Source: a virus (taxonomy: Duplodnaviria; Heunggongvirae; Uroviricota; Caudoviricetes). Taken from it: a DNA stretch of 20,642 nucleotides. Below, piece after piece: positions 1 through 11,697 of this stretch. The stretch lies in IMG/VR virus record IMGVR_UViG_2690316148_000002, one strand, 5' to 3'. The translations under genes and the position numbers were made by a program. The notes under the pieces are model-generated. The model saw only the letters and a program-made list of their open reading frames with translations. It was not told where the DNA came from and did not search any database. Positions within the stretch are counted from its first letter, which is position 1; the number at the start of each line of letters is the position of its first letter.

Positions 1-149
1 AACAGATGTCTGGAAATATAGGGGCAAATCCAATCGTCGCCGTATTCCCGTATTAACAGAGACCGTAGCCCGACGGGGAACTCCTTCTGCGCGAGTGTGC
101 GGGAATAATCAAAAACGATGCACACCGGGGTTACCGGGTACACATATTT

Positions 150-454
150 NNNNNNNNNNNNNNNNNNNNNNNNNNNNNNNNNNNNNNNNNNNNNNNNNNN
201 NNNNNNNNNNNNNNNNNNNNNNNNNNNNNNNNNNNNNNNNNNNNNNNNNNNNNNNNNNNNNNNNNNNNNNNNNNNNNNNNNNNNNNNNNNNNNNNNNNNN
301 NNNNNNNNNNNNNNNNNNNNNNNNNNNNNNNNNNNNNNNNNNNNNNNNNNNNNNNNNNNNNNNNNNNNNNNNNNNNNNNNNNNNNNNNNNNNNNNNNNNN
401 NNNNNNNNNNNNNNNNNNNNNNNNNNNNNNNNNNNNNNNNNNNNNNNNNNNNNN
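150..454. other. Assembly gap (run of 305 N)
   Basis: Uninterrupted run of n characters in the sequence; true length and content unknown. Confidence 0.99.
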
Positions 455-678
455 TCTATAAGGCATTTATTTTTTGAAAATCTTACATTTACAACCTTAC
501 CCTGTCCTTTTATTAAAACCGTATTATCGTTTTCAAGAACAAGATGAATATTCTCTGTGGCTAAATAGTAAATGTAATGTGAGACATTGTGACGTTTTAG
601 TTCAGAATAAAACCAGTGATAGTTTAAATTATTTCGCACTTTATCGAATATTTGTTTAAAAATGGCAACCTGAGCCAT
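455..678 (-). CDS. Hypothetical protein, AT-rich moron gene (N-terminal part only; 3' end lost in the N gap)
   Basis: Minus-strand ORF entering the gap. The ATG at 676-678 is preceded on the mRNA by GGAAGG about 7 nt upstream, so I prefer it over the in-frame ATG at 691-693. Visible product begins [17 protein letters not shown]...; the region is markedly AT-rich compared with the flanking phage DNA. I do not recognise the family. Confidence 0.4.
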
Positions 679-735
679 TGTAGTACCTTCCATGTGATAT
701 GAGGGGGCGTAGTCTGCACGATTATCTAAATTGCT

Positions 736-969
736 TCAATCTGGTCTAACCTGTTTTCTGAGCAATTCAGTAATGTCACTCTTTTCTTTGTTTGCTTCAG
801 GCGAAACTCTTTTTTCTGAGCACAGTCTCCGGCGGCAGGCTTCAATGACCCAGGCTGAGAAATTCCCGGACCCTTTTTGAACAAGAGCGATGTTAATTTG
901 TTCAATCATTTGGTTAGGAAAGCGGATGTTGCGGGTTGTTGTTCTGCGGGTTCTGTTCTTCGTTGACAT
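736..969 (-). CDS. Small basic DNA-binding protein, ribbon-helix-helix-like (possibly YlcI/DUF3950-like)
   Basis: 77-aa minus-strand ORF with an Arg/Thr-rich N-terminus followed by RNIRFPNQMIEQINIALVQKGSGNFSAWVIEACRRRL, a beta-strand then helix pattern typical of ribbon-helix-helix proteins. It is divergent from nu1 across cos, as ylcI is from nohD in E. coli DLP12. Family assignment is from memory, not a search. Confidence 0.5.
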   Translation of the reverse strand: MSTKNRTRRTTTRNIRFPNQMIEQINIALVQKGSGNFSAWVIEACRRRLCSEKRVSPEANKEKSDITELLRKQVRPD

Positions 970-1029
970 GAGGTTGCCCTGTATTCAGTGTCGCTGATTT
1001 GTATTGTCTGAAGTTGTTTTTACGTTAAG

Positions 1030-1340
1030 TTGATGCAGATCAATTAATACGATACCTGCGTCATAATTGATTATTTGACGTGGTTTGATGGCGTAGATGC
1101 ACGTTGTGACATGTAGATGATAATTATTATCATTTTGCGGGTCCTTTCCGGCGATCCGACAGGTTACGGGGCGGAAGGCGCGCGGGTTTTCGCTATTTAT
1201 GACAATTTTCCGGTTTAAGGCGTTTCCGTTCTTCTTCGCCGTAACCTAATGTTTTTATTTAAAACACCCCCTGAAAAGAAAGGAAACGACAGGTGCTGAA
1301 AACGGGCTTTTTGGCCTCTGTCGTTTCCTTTCTCTGTTTT
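1030..1340 (+). promoter_or_regulatory. cos: cos region (cosQ-cosN-cosB) of a lambda-like phage, internal because this is the prophage state
   Basis: About 1030-1168 closely matches the lambda right end as I recall it (...TTGATGCAGATCAATTAATACGATACCTGCGTCATAATTGATTATTTGACG...CCGACAGGTTACG), and 1181-1357 matches the lambda left end (CGCGGGTTTTCGCTATTTATGA.AATTTTCCGGTTTAAGGCGTTTCCG...). The 12 nt at 1169-1180 occupy the cohesive-end position, immediately upstream of nu1. Confidence 0.7.
1277..1333. repeat. Perfect 16-bp inverted repeat (AGAAAGGAAACGACAG / CTGTCGTTTCCTTTCT) with a 25-nt spacer, in the cosB/nu1 leader
   Basis: Read directly from the sequence: 1277-1292 is the reverse complement of 1318-1333. 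The equivalent inverted repeat is present in the lambda left end. Confidence 0.7.
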
Positions 1341-1357
1341 TGTCCGTGGAATGAACA

Positions 1358-1877
1358 ATGGAAGTCAACAAAAAGCAGCTGGCTGACATTTTCGGTGCGA
1401 GTATCCGTACCATTCAGAACTGGCAGGAACAGGGAATGCCCGTTCTGCGAGGCGGTGGCAAGGGTAATGAGGTGCTTTATGACTCTGCCGCCGTTATAAG
1501 ATGGTATGCCGAAAGGGATGCTGAAATTGAGAACGAAAAGCTGCGCCGGGAAGTTGAAGAACTGCGGCAGGCCAGCGAGACAGATCTCCAGCCAGGGACT
1601 ATTGAGTACGAACGCCATCGACTTACGCGTGCGCAGGCCGACGCACAGGAGCTGAAAAATGCCAGAGACTCCGCTGAAGTGGTGGAAACCGCATTCTGTA
1701 CTTTCGTGCTGTCGCGGATCGCAGGTGAAATTGCCAGTATTCTCGACGGGATCCCCCTGTCGGTGCAGCGGCGTTTTCCGGAACTGGAAAACCGACATGT
1801 TGATTTCCTGAAACGGGATATCATCAAAGCCATGAACAAAGCAGCCGCGCTGGATGAACTGATACCGGGGTTGCTGA

Positions 1878-1903
<26 letters not shown>
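1358..1903 (+). CDS. nu1: Terminase small subunit
   Basis: 181-aa ORF MEVNKKQLADIFGASIRTIQNWQEQGMPVLRGGGKGNEVLYDSAAVIRWY..., which I recognise as lambda gpNu1 with its N-terminal winged-HTH region; same length as lambda Nu1; sits directly after cosB. Confidence 0.95.
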
Positions 1904-5584
<3,681 letters not shown>

Positions 5585-5604
<20 letters not shown>

Positions 5605-5878
5605 TCTCCCGCATATTGCCAGCATGGCTTTTAATGAGCCGCTGATGCTTGAACCCGCCTATGCGCGGGTTTTCTTTTGTGCGCTTGCAGGCCAGCTTGG
5701 GATCAGCTGCCTGACGGATGCAGTATCCGGCGACAGCCTGACTGCCGGAGAGGCACCCGCGGCGCTGGCGTTATCCGGTGATGATGACGGACCACGACAG
5801 GCCCGCAGTTATCAGGTAATGAACGGCATCGCCGTGCTGCCGGTGTCCGGCACGCTGGTCAGCCGTACTCGGGGATGA
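5585..5878 (+). pseudogene. C: N-terminal fragment of the head protease/scaffold gene C, interrupted by a frame break
   Basis: A GTG at 5585-5587 begins VTAELRNLPHIASMAFNEPLMLEP..., matching the lambda gpC N-terminus as I recall it. The frame ends at TGA 5876-5878 after ...VSRTRG, where lambda C reads on. Confidence 0.7.
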
Positions 5879-6885
5879 CCGGTTACAACGGCATTATCGC
5901 CCGTCTGCAACAGGCTGCCAGCGACCCGATGGTGGACGGCATTCTGCTCGATATGGACACACCGGGCGGAATGGTGGCGGGAGCATTTGACTGCGCTGAC
6001 ATCATCGCCCGTGTGCGTGACATAAAGCCGGTATGGGCGCTGGCCAATGACATGAACTGCAGCGCAGGTCAGCTGCTTGCCAGTGCCGCCTCCCGGCGTC
6101 TGGTCACGCAGACCGCCCGGACAGGCTCCATCGGCGTCATGATGGCTCACAGTAATTACGGCGCTGCACTGGAGAAACAGGGCGTGGAAATCACGCTGAT
6201 TTACAGCGGCAGCCATAAGGTGGATGGCAACCCCTACAGCCATCTACCGGATGATGTCCGGGAAACATTGCAGTCCCGGATGGATGCAACCCGCCGGATG
6301 TTTGCACAGAAGGTGTCGGCATATACCGGCCTGTCCGTGCAGGCTGTGCTGGATACCGAGGCTGCAGTGTACAGCGGTCAGGAGGCCATTGATGCCGGAC
6401 TGGCTGATGAACTTGTTAACAGTACCGATGCGATCACCGTCATGCGTGATGCACTGGATGCACGTAAATCCCGTCTCTCAGGAGGGCGAATGACCAAAGA
6501 GACTCAATCAACAACTGTTTCAGCCACTGCTTCGCAGGCTGACGTTACTGGCGTGGTGCAAGCGACGGAGGGCGAGAACGCCAGCGCGGCGCAGCCGGAC
6601 GTGAACGCGCAGATCACCGCAGCGGTTGCGGCAGAAAACAGTCGCATTATGGGGATCCTCAACTGTGAGGAGGCTCACGGACGCGAAGAACAGGCACGCG
6701 TGCTGGCCGAAACCCCCGGTATGACCGTGGAAACGGCCCGCCGTATTCTGGCCGCAGCACCACAGAGTGCACAGACGCGCAGTGACACTGCGCTGGATCG
6801 TCTGATGCAGGGGGCACCGGCACCGCTGGCTGCAGGTAACCCGGCATCTGATGCCGTTAACGATTTGCTGAACACACCAGTGTAA
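5875..6885 (+). CDS. C: C-terminal portion of gene C (S49-type prohead protease region plus scaffold-like tail), in a different frame from the N-terminal fragment
   Basis: 336-aa ORF MTGYNGIIARLQQAASDPMVDGILLDMDTPGG... ending ...AVNDLLNTPV like lambda gpC. Its ATG at 5875-5877 overlaps the stop of the upstream fragment (ATGA). The C region is 19 nt shorter than in lambda by coordinate arithmetic. Confidence 0.75.
   Translation: MTGYNGIIARLQQAASDPMVDGILLDMDTPGGMVAGAFDCADIIARVRDIKPVWALANDMNCSAGQLLASAASRRLVTQTARTGSIGVMMAHSNYGAALEKQGVEITLIYSGSHKVDGNPYSHLPDDVRETLQSRMDATRRMFAQKVSAYTGLSVQAVLDTEAAVYSGQEAIDAGLADELVNSTDAITVMRDALDARKSRLSGGRMTKETQSTTVSATASQADVTGVVQATEGENASAAQPDVNAQITAAVAAENSRIMGILNCEEAHGREEQARVLAETPGMTVETARRILAAAPQSAQTRSDTALDRLMQGAPAPLAAGNPASDAVNDLLNTPV
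6280..6885 (+). CDS. nu3: Scaffolding protein Nu3 (nested in-frame within the 3' part of C)
   Basis: Internal ATG at 6280 in the C frame (MDATRRMFAQKV...), giving a 201-aa product that shares the C stop, as in lambda Nu3. Confidence 0.7.
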   Translation: MDATRRMFAQKVSAYTGLSVQAVLDTEAAVYSGQEAIDAGLADELVNSTDAITVMRDALDARKSRLSGGRMTKETQSTTVSATASQADVTGVVQATEGENASAAQPDVNAQITAAVAAENSRIMGILNCEEAHGREEQARVLAETPGMTVETARRILAAAPQSAQTRSDTALDRLMQGAPAPLAAGNPASDAVNDLLNTPV

Positions 6886-6894
6886 GGGATGTTT

Positions 6895-7227
6895 ATGACG
6901 AGCAAAGAAACCTTTACCCATTACCAGCCGCTGGGCAATAGTGACCCGGCTCATACCGCAACCGCGCCCGGCGGATTGAGTGCGAAAGCGCCTGCAATGA
7001 CCCCGCTGATGCTGGACACCTCCACCCGTAAGCTGGTTGCGTGGGATGGCACCACCGACGGTGCTGCCGTTGGCATTCTTGCGGTTGCTGCTGACCAGAC
7101 CAGCACCACACTGACGTTCTACAAGTCCGGCACGTTCCGTTATGAGGATGTGCTCTGGCCGGAGGCTGCCAGCGACGAGACGAAAAAACGGACCGCGTTT
7201 GCCGGAACGGCAATCAGCATCGTTTAA
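6895..7227 (+). CDS. D: Head decoration protein D
   Basis: [43 protein letters not shown]... matches lambda gpD (110 aa) as I recall it. The ORF track starts 2 codons earlier (MFMTSKE...); I take the lambda-equivalent start. Confidence 0.9.
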   Translation: MTSKETFTHYQPLGNSDPAHTATAPGGLSAKAPAMTPLMLDTSTRKLVAWDGTTDGAAVGILAVAADQTSTTLTFYKSGTFRYEDVLWPEAASDETKKRTAFAGTAISIV

Positions 7228-7248
7228 CTTTACCCTTCATCACTAAAG

Positions 7249-7269
7249 GCCGCCTGTGCGGCTTTTTTT
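7249..7269 (+). terminator. Terminator-like hairpin plus T-run in the D-E intergenic region
   Basis: GCCGC (7249-7253), loop CTGT, GCGGC (7258-7262), then TTTTTTT (7263-7269). Function not established. Confidence 0.35.
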
Positions 7270-7282
7270 ACGGGATTTTTTT

Positions 7283-8308
7283 ATGTCGATGTACACAACC
7301 GCCCAGCTGCTGGCGGCAAATGAGCAGAAATTTAAGTTTGATCCGCTGTTTCTGCGTCTCTTTTTCCGTGAGAGCTATCCCTTCACTACGGAGAAAGTCT
7401 ATCTCTCACAAATTCCGGGACTGGTAAACATGGCGCTGTACGTTTCGCCGATTGTTTCCGGTGAGGTTATCCGTTCCCGTGGCGGCTCCACCTCTGAATT
7501 TACGCCGGGATATGTCAAACCCAAGCATGAGGTGAATCCGCAGATGACCCTGCGTCGCCTGCCGGATGAAGATCCGCAGAATCTGGCGGACCCGGCTTAC
7601 CGCCGCCGTCGCATCATCATGCAGAACATGCGTGACGAAGAGCTGGCCATTGCTCAGGTCGAAGAGATGCAGGCAGTTTCTGCCGTGCTCAAGGGCAAAT
7701 ACACCATGACCGGTGAAGCCTTCGATCCGGTTGAGGTGGATATGGGCCGCAGTGCGGCGAACAACATCACACAGTCCGGCGTCACGGAGTGGAGCAAGCG
7801 TGACAAGTCCACGTATGACCCGACCGACGATATCGAAGCCTACGCGCTGAACGCCAGCGGTGTGGTGAATATCATCGTGTTTGACCCGAAAGGCTGGGCG
7901 CTGTTCCGTTCCTTCAAAGCCGTCAAGGAGAAGCTGGATACCCGTCGCGGCTCTCATTCCGAGCTGGAGACAGCGGTAAAAGACCTGGGCAAAGCGGTGT
8001 CCTATAAGGGAATGTATGGCGATGTGGCCATCGTCGTGTATTCCGGACAGTACGTGGAAAACGGCGTCAAAAAGAACTTCCTGCCGGACAACACGATGGT
8101 GCTGGGGAACACTCAGGCTCGCGGTCTGCGCACCTATGGCTGCATTCAGGATGCGGACGCACAGCGCGAAGGCATTAACGCCTCTGCCCGTTACCCGAAA
8201 AACTGGGTGACCACCGGCGATCCGGCGCGTGAGTTCACCATGATTCAGTCAGCACCGCTGATGCTGCTGGCTGATCCTGATGAGTTCGTGTCCGTTCAAC
8301 TGGCGTAA
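7283..8308 (+). CDS. E: Major capsid protein E
   Basis: MSMYTTAQLLAANEQKFKFDPLFLRLFFRESYPFTTEKVYLSQIPGLVNMALYVSPIVSGEV...; 341 aa, lambda gpE. The ORF track's upstream extension (MRLFLRDFF) is rejected in favour of the lambda-equivalent ATG. Confidence 0.95.
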   Translation: MSMYTTAQLLAANEQKFKFDPLFLRLFFRESYPFTTEKVYLSQIPGLVNMALYVSPIVSGEVIRSRGGSTSEFTPGYVKPKHEVNPQMTLRRLPDEDPQNLADPAYRRRRIIMQNMRDEELAIAQVEEMQAVSAVLKGKYTMTGEAFDPVEVDMGRSAANNITQSGVTEWSKRDKSTYDPTDDIEAYALNASGVVNIIVFDPKGWALFRSFKAVKEKLDTRRGSHSELETAVKDLGKAVSYKGMYGDVAIVVYSGQYVENGVKKNFLPDNTMVLGNTQARGLRTYGCIQDADAQREGINASARYPKNWVTTGDPAREFTMIQSAPLMLLADPDEFVSVQLA

Positions 8309-8310
8309 TC

Positions 8311-8331
8311 ATGGCCCTTCGGGGCCATTTT
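8311..8331 (+). terminator. Stem-loop with UUCG tetraloop followed by a T-run, immediately after the E stop
   Basis: ATGGCCC (8311-8317), loop TTCG, GGGCCAT (8322-8328), followed by TTT. Could act as an attenuator or mRNA stabiliser after the highly expressed capsid gene. Confidence 0.35.
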
Positions 8332-8349
8332 CTCTCTGTGGAGGAGTTC

Positions 8350-8748
8350 ATGACGAAAGATGAACTGATTGCCCGTCTTCAGGAGCTGGGTGAGCAATTG
8401 AACCGCGATGTCAGTTTGACGGGAACGAAAGAAGAACTGGCGCTTCGTGTGGCAGAGCTGGAAGAAGAGCTTGATGACACGGATGAAACTGCCGGTCAGG
8501 ACACCCCTCTCAGCCGGGAAAATGTGCTGACCGGGCATGAAAATGAGGTGGTATCAGCGCAGCCGGATACCGTGATTCAGGATACGGCTGAACTGGTCAC
8601 GGTCGTGGCACTGGTGACGCTGCATACTGATGCACTTCACGCCACGCGGGATAAACCTGTGGCATTTGTGCTGCCGGGAACGGCGTTTCGTGTCTCTGCC
8701 GGTGTGGCAGCCGAAATGACAGAGCGCGGCCTGGCCAGAATGCAATAA
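8350..8748 (+). CDS. FI: DNA packaging / head assembly protein FI
   Basis: MTKDELIARLQELGEQLNRDVSLTGTKEELALRVAELEEELDDTDE...; 132 aa, lambda gpFI. Confidence 0.9.
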   Translation: MTKDELIARLQELGEQLNRDVSLTGTKEELALRVAELEEELDDTDETAGQDTPLSRENVLTGHENEVVSAQPDTVIQDTAELVTVVALVTLHTDALHATRDKPVAFVLPGTAFRVSAGVAAEMTERGLARMQ

Positions 8749-8759
8749 CGGGAGGCGCT

Positions 8760-9113
8760 GTGGCTGATTTCGATAACCTGTTCGATGCTGCCATTGCCCG
8801 CGCCGATGAAACGATACGCGGGTACATGGGAACGTCAGCCACCATGACATCCGGTGAGCAGTCAGGTGCGGTGATACGTGGTGTTTTTGATGACCCTGAA
8901 AATATCAGCTATGCCGGACAGGGCGTGCGCGTTGAAGGCTCCAGCCCGTCCCTGTTTGTCCGGACTGATGAGGTGCGGCAGCTGCGGCGTGGAGACACGC
9001 TGACCATCGGTGAGGAAAATTTCTGGGTAGATCGGGTTTCGCCGGATGATGGCGGAAGTTGTCATCTCTGGCTTGGACGGGGCGTACCGCCTGCCGTTAA
9101 CCGTCGCCGCTGA
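8760..9113 (+). CDS. FII: Head-tail connector (head completion) protein FII
   Basis: 117-aa ORF starting with GTG at 8760 (MADFDNLFDAAIARADETIRGYMG...); lambda gpFII size and position. Confidence 0.9.
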   Translation: MADFDNLFDAAIARADETIRGYMGTSATMTSGEQSGAVIRGVFDDPENISYAGQGVRVEGSSPSLFVRTDEVRQLRRGDTLTIGEENFWVDRVSPDDGGSCHLWLGRGVPPAVNRRR

Positions 9114-9124
9114 AAGGGGGATGT

Positions 9125-9703
9125 ATGGCCATAAAAGGTCTTGAGCAGGCCGTTGAAAACCTCAGCCGTATCAGCAAAACGGCGGTGCCCGGTGCCGCCG
9201 CAATGGCCATTAACCGCGTTGCTTCATCCGCGATATCGCAGTCTGCGTCACAGGTTGCCCGTGAGACAAAGGTACGCCGGAAACTGGTAAAGGAAAGGGC
9301 CAGGCTGAAAAGGGCCACGGTCAAAAATCCGCAGGCCAGAATCAAAGTTAACCGGGGGGATTTGCCCGTAATCAAGCTGGGTAATGCGCGGGTTGTCCTG
9401 TCCCGCCGCAGGCGTCATAAAAAGGGGCAGCGTTCATCCCTGAAAGGTGGCGGCAGCGTGCTTGTGGTGGGTAACCGTCGTATTCCCGGCGCGTTTATTC
9501 AGCAACTGAAAAACGGCCGGTGGCATGTTATGCAGCGTGTGGCCGGGAAAAACCGTTACCCCATTGATGTGGTGAAAATCCCGATGGCGGTGCCGCTGAC
9601 CACGGCGTTTAAACAGAATATTGAACGGATACGGCGTGAACGTCTTCCGAAAGAGCTGGGCTATGCGCTGCAGCATCAACTGAGAATGGTAATAAAGCGA
9701 TGA
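9125..9703 (+). CDS. Z: Tail completion protein Z
   Basis: 192-aa ORF, same length and position as lambda gpZ; overlaps the U start. Confidence 0.9.
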   Translation: MAIKGLEQAVENLSRISKTAVPGAAAMAINRVASSAISQSASQVARETKVRRKLVKERARLKRATVKNPQARIKVNRGDLPVIKLGNARVVLSRRRRHKKGQRSSLKGGGSVLVVGNRRIPGAFIQQLKNGRWHVMQRVAGKNRYPIDVVKIPMAVPLTTAFKQNIERIRRERLPKELGYALQHQLRMVIKR

Positions 9704-10095
9704 AACATACTGAACTCCGTGCAGCCGTACTGGATGCACTGGAGAAGCATGACACCGGGGCGACGCTTTTTGATGGTCGCCCCGCTGTTTTTGATGAGGA
9801 AGATTTTCCGGCAATTGCCGTTTATCTCACCGGCGCTGAATACACGGGCGAAGAGCTGGACAGCGATACCTGGCAGGCGGAGCTGCATATTGAAGTTTTC
9901 CTGCCTGCTCAGGTGCCGGATTCAGAGCTGGATTCGTGGATGGAGTCCCGGATTTATCCGGTGATGAGCGATATCCCGGCACTGTCAGATTTGATCACCA
10001 GTATGGTGGCCAGCGGCTATGACTACCGGCGCGACGATGATGCGGGCCTGTGGAGTTCAGCCGATCTGACTTATGTCATTATCTATGAAATGTGA
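9700..10095 (+). CDS. U: Tail tube terminator protein U
   Basis: 131-aa [55 protein letters not shown]...; lambda gpU. Confidence 0.9.
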   Translation: MKHTELRAAVLDALEKHDTGATLFDGRPAVFDEEDFPAIAVYLTGAEYTGEELDSDTWQAELHIEVFLPAQVPDSELDSWMESRIYPVMSDIPALSDLITSMVASGYDYRRDDDAGLWSSADLTYVIIYEM

Positions 10096-10102
10096 GGACG
10101 CT

Positions 10103-10843
10103 ATGCCTGTACCAAATCCTACAATGCCGGTGAAAGGTGCCGGGACCACCCTGTGGGTTTATAAGGGGAGCGGTGACCCTTATGCGAACCCGCTTTCAGA
10201 CGTTGACTGGTCGCGTCTGGCAAAAGTTAAAGACCTGACGCCCGGCGAACTGACCGCTGAGTCCTATGACGACAGCTATCTCGATGATGAAGATGCAGAC
10301 TGGACTGCGACCGGGCAGGGGCAGAAATCTGCCGGAGATACCAGCTTCACGCTGGCGTGGATGCCCGGAGAGCAGGGGCAGCAGGCGCTGCTGGCGTGGT
10401 TTAATGAAGGTGATACCCGTGCCTATAAAATCCGCTTCCCGAACGGCACGGTCGATGTGTTCCGTGGCTGGGTCAGCAGTATCGGTAAGGCGGTGACGGC
10501 GAAGGAGGTGATTACCCGCACGGTGAAGGTCACCAATGTGGGACGTCCGTCGATGGCAGAAGATCGCAGCACGGTGACGGCGACGACCGGCATGACGGTG
10601 ACACCCGCCAGTGCTTCCGTAGTGAAAGGGCAGAGCACCACGCTGACCGTGGCATTCCAGCCGGATGGCGCAACCGACAAGAGCTTCCGTGCGGTGTCTG
10701 CGGATAAAACAAAAGCCACCGTGTCGGTCAGTGGTATGACCATCACCGTGAAAGGTGTTGCTGCAGGCAAGGTCAACATTCCGGTCGTATCTGGTAATGG
10801 TGAGTTTGCTGCGGTTGCAGAAATCAACGTCACCGCCAGTTAA
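10103..10843 (+). CDS. V: Major tail tube protein V (with C-terminal Ig-like domain)
   Basis: [50 protein letters not shown]...; 246 aa, lambda gpV. The ORF track's earlier start (10073) is rejected. Confidence 0.93.
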   Translation: MPVPNPTMPVKGAGTTLWVYKGSGDPYANPLSDVDWSRLAKVKDLTPGELTAESYDDSYLDDEDADWTATGQGQKSAGDTSFTLAWMPGEQGQQALLAWFNEGDTRAYKIRFPNGTVDVFRGWVSSIGKAVTAKEVITRTVKVTNVGRPSMAEDRSTVTATTGMTVTPASASVVKGQSTTLTVAFQPDGATDKSFRAVSADKTKATVSVSGMTITVKGVAAGKVNIPVVSGNGEFAAVAEINVTAS

Positions 10844-10858
10844 TCCGGAGAGTCAGCG

Positions 10859-11281
10859 ATGTTCCTGAAAACCGAATCATTTGAACATAACGGTGTGACC
10901 GTCACGCTTTCTGAACTGTCAGCCCTGCAGCGTATTGAGCATCTCGACCTGATGAAACGGCAGGCAGAACAGGCGGAGTCAGACAGCAACCGGAAGTTTA
11001 CTGTGGAAGACGCCATCAGAACCGGCGCTTTTGTGGTTGCGATGTCCCTGTGGCATAACCATCCGAAGAAGACGCAGATGCCGTCCATGAATGAAGCCGT
11101 TAAACAGATTGAGCAGGAAGTGCTTACCACCTGGCCCACAGAGGCAATTTCTCATGCTGAAAACGTGGTGTACCGGCTGTCCGGTATGTATGAGTTTGTG
11201 GTGAATGATGCTCCTGAACAGGCAGAGGACGCCGGGCCTGCAGAGCCTGTTTCTGCGGGAAAGTGTTCGACGGTGAGCTGA
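10859..11281 (+). CDS. G: Tail assembly chaperone G
   Basis: 140-aa ORF MFLKTESFEHNGVTVTLSELSALQRIEHLDLMKRQAEQ...; lambda gpG size and position. Confidence 0.9.
   Translation: MFLKTESFEHNGVTVTLSELSALQRIEHLDLMKRQAEQAESDSNRKFTVEDAIRTGAFVVAMSLWHNHPKKTQMPSMNEAVKQIEQEVLTTWPTEAISHAENVVYRLSGMYEFVVNDAPEQAEDAGPAEPVSAGKCSTVS
11257..11263 (+). promoter_or_regulatory. Programmed -1 ribosomal frameshift slippery heptamer G GGA AAG (G to G-T fusion)
   Basis: GGGAAAG at 11257-11263 with GGA AAG in the G frame (codon starts 11258 and 11261), just before the G stop. The -1 frame is open through 11697 (the T ORF). This is the conserved lambda G/GT arrangement. Confidence 0.85.
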
Positions 11282-11697
11282 GTTTTGCCCTGAAACTGGC
11301 GCGTGAGATGGGGCGACCCGACTGGCGCGCCATGCTTGCCGGGATGTCATCCACGGAGTATGCCGACTGGCACCGCTTTTACAGTACCCATTATTTTCAT
11401 GATGTTCTGCTGGATATGCACTTTTCCGGGCTGACGTACACCGTGCTCAGCCTGTTTTTCAGCGATCCGGAGATGCATCCGCTGGATTTCAGTCTGCTGA
11501 ACCGGCGCGAGGCTGACGAAGAGCCTGAAGATGATGTGCTGATGCAGAAAGCGGCAGGGCTTGCCGGAGGTGTCCGCTTTGGCCCGGACGGGAATGAAGT
11601 TATCCCCGCTTCCCCGGATGTGGCGGACATGACGGAGGATGACGTAATGCTGATGACAGTATCAGAAGGGATCGCAGGAGGAGTCCGGTATGGCTGA
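11263..11697 (+). CDS. T: T portion of the tail assembly chaperone G-T fusion (made by -1 frameshifting from G; full fusion spans 10859..11697)
   Basis: -1 frame ORF overlapping the 3' end of G and ending where H starts; same position as lambda T. Confidence 0.85.
   Translation: MFDGELSFALKLAREMGRPDWRAMLAGMSSTEYADWHRFYSTHYFHDVLLDMHFSGLTYTVLSLFFSDPEMHPLDFSLLNRREADEEPEDDVLMQKAAGLAGGVRFGPDGNEVIPASPDVADMTEDDVMLMTVSEGIAGGVRYG

Noticed and set aside
1-60. Possible tRNA 3' end (GGGGCAAATCCA-like motif)
   Set aside because: No convincing acceptor or T-arm pairing and no cloverleaf could be built by eye; not supported.
95-547. Plus-strand ORFs 95-547 and 118-477 reading through the N run
   Set aside because: They are open only because n codons cannot contain stops; this is an artefact of the gap.
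1259-1798. 179-aa minus-strand ORF overlapping nu1
   Set aside because: Antisense to the well-supported terminase small subunit gene and overlapping the cosB inverted repeat.
8311-8748. Extended FI start (MALRGHFLSVEEF...) and the similar upstream extensions of E (7256) and V (10073)
   Set aside because: The extensions run through intergenic hairpins; the downstream ATGs give products matching the lambda N-termini ([30 protein letters not shown]).
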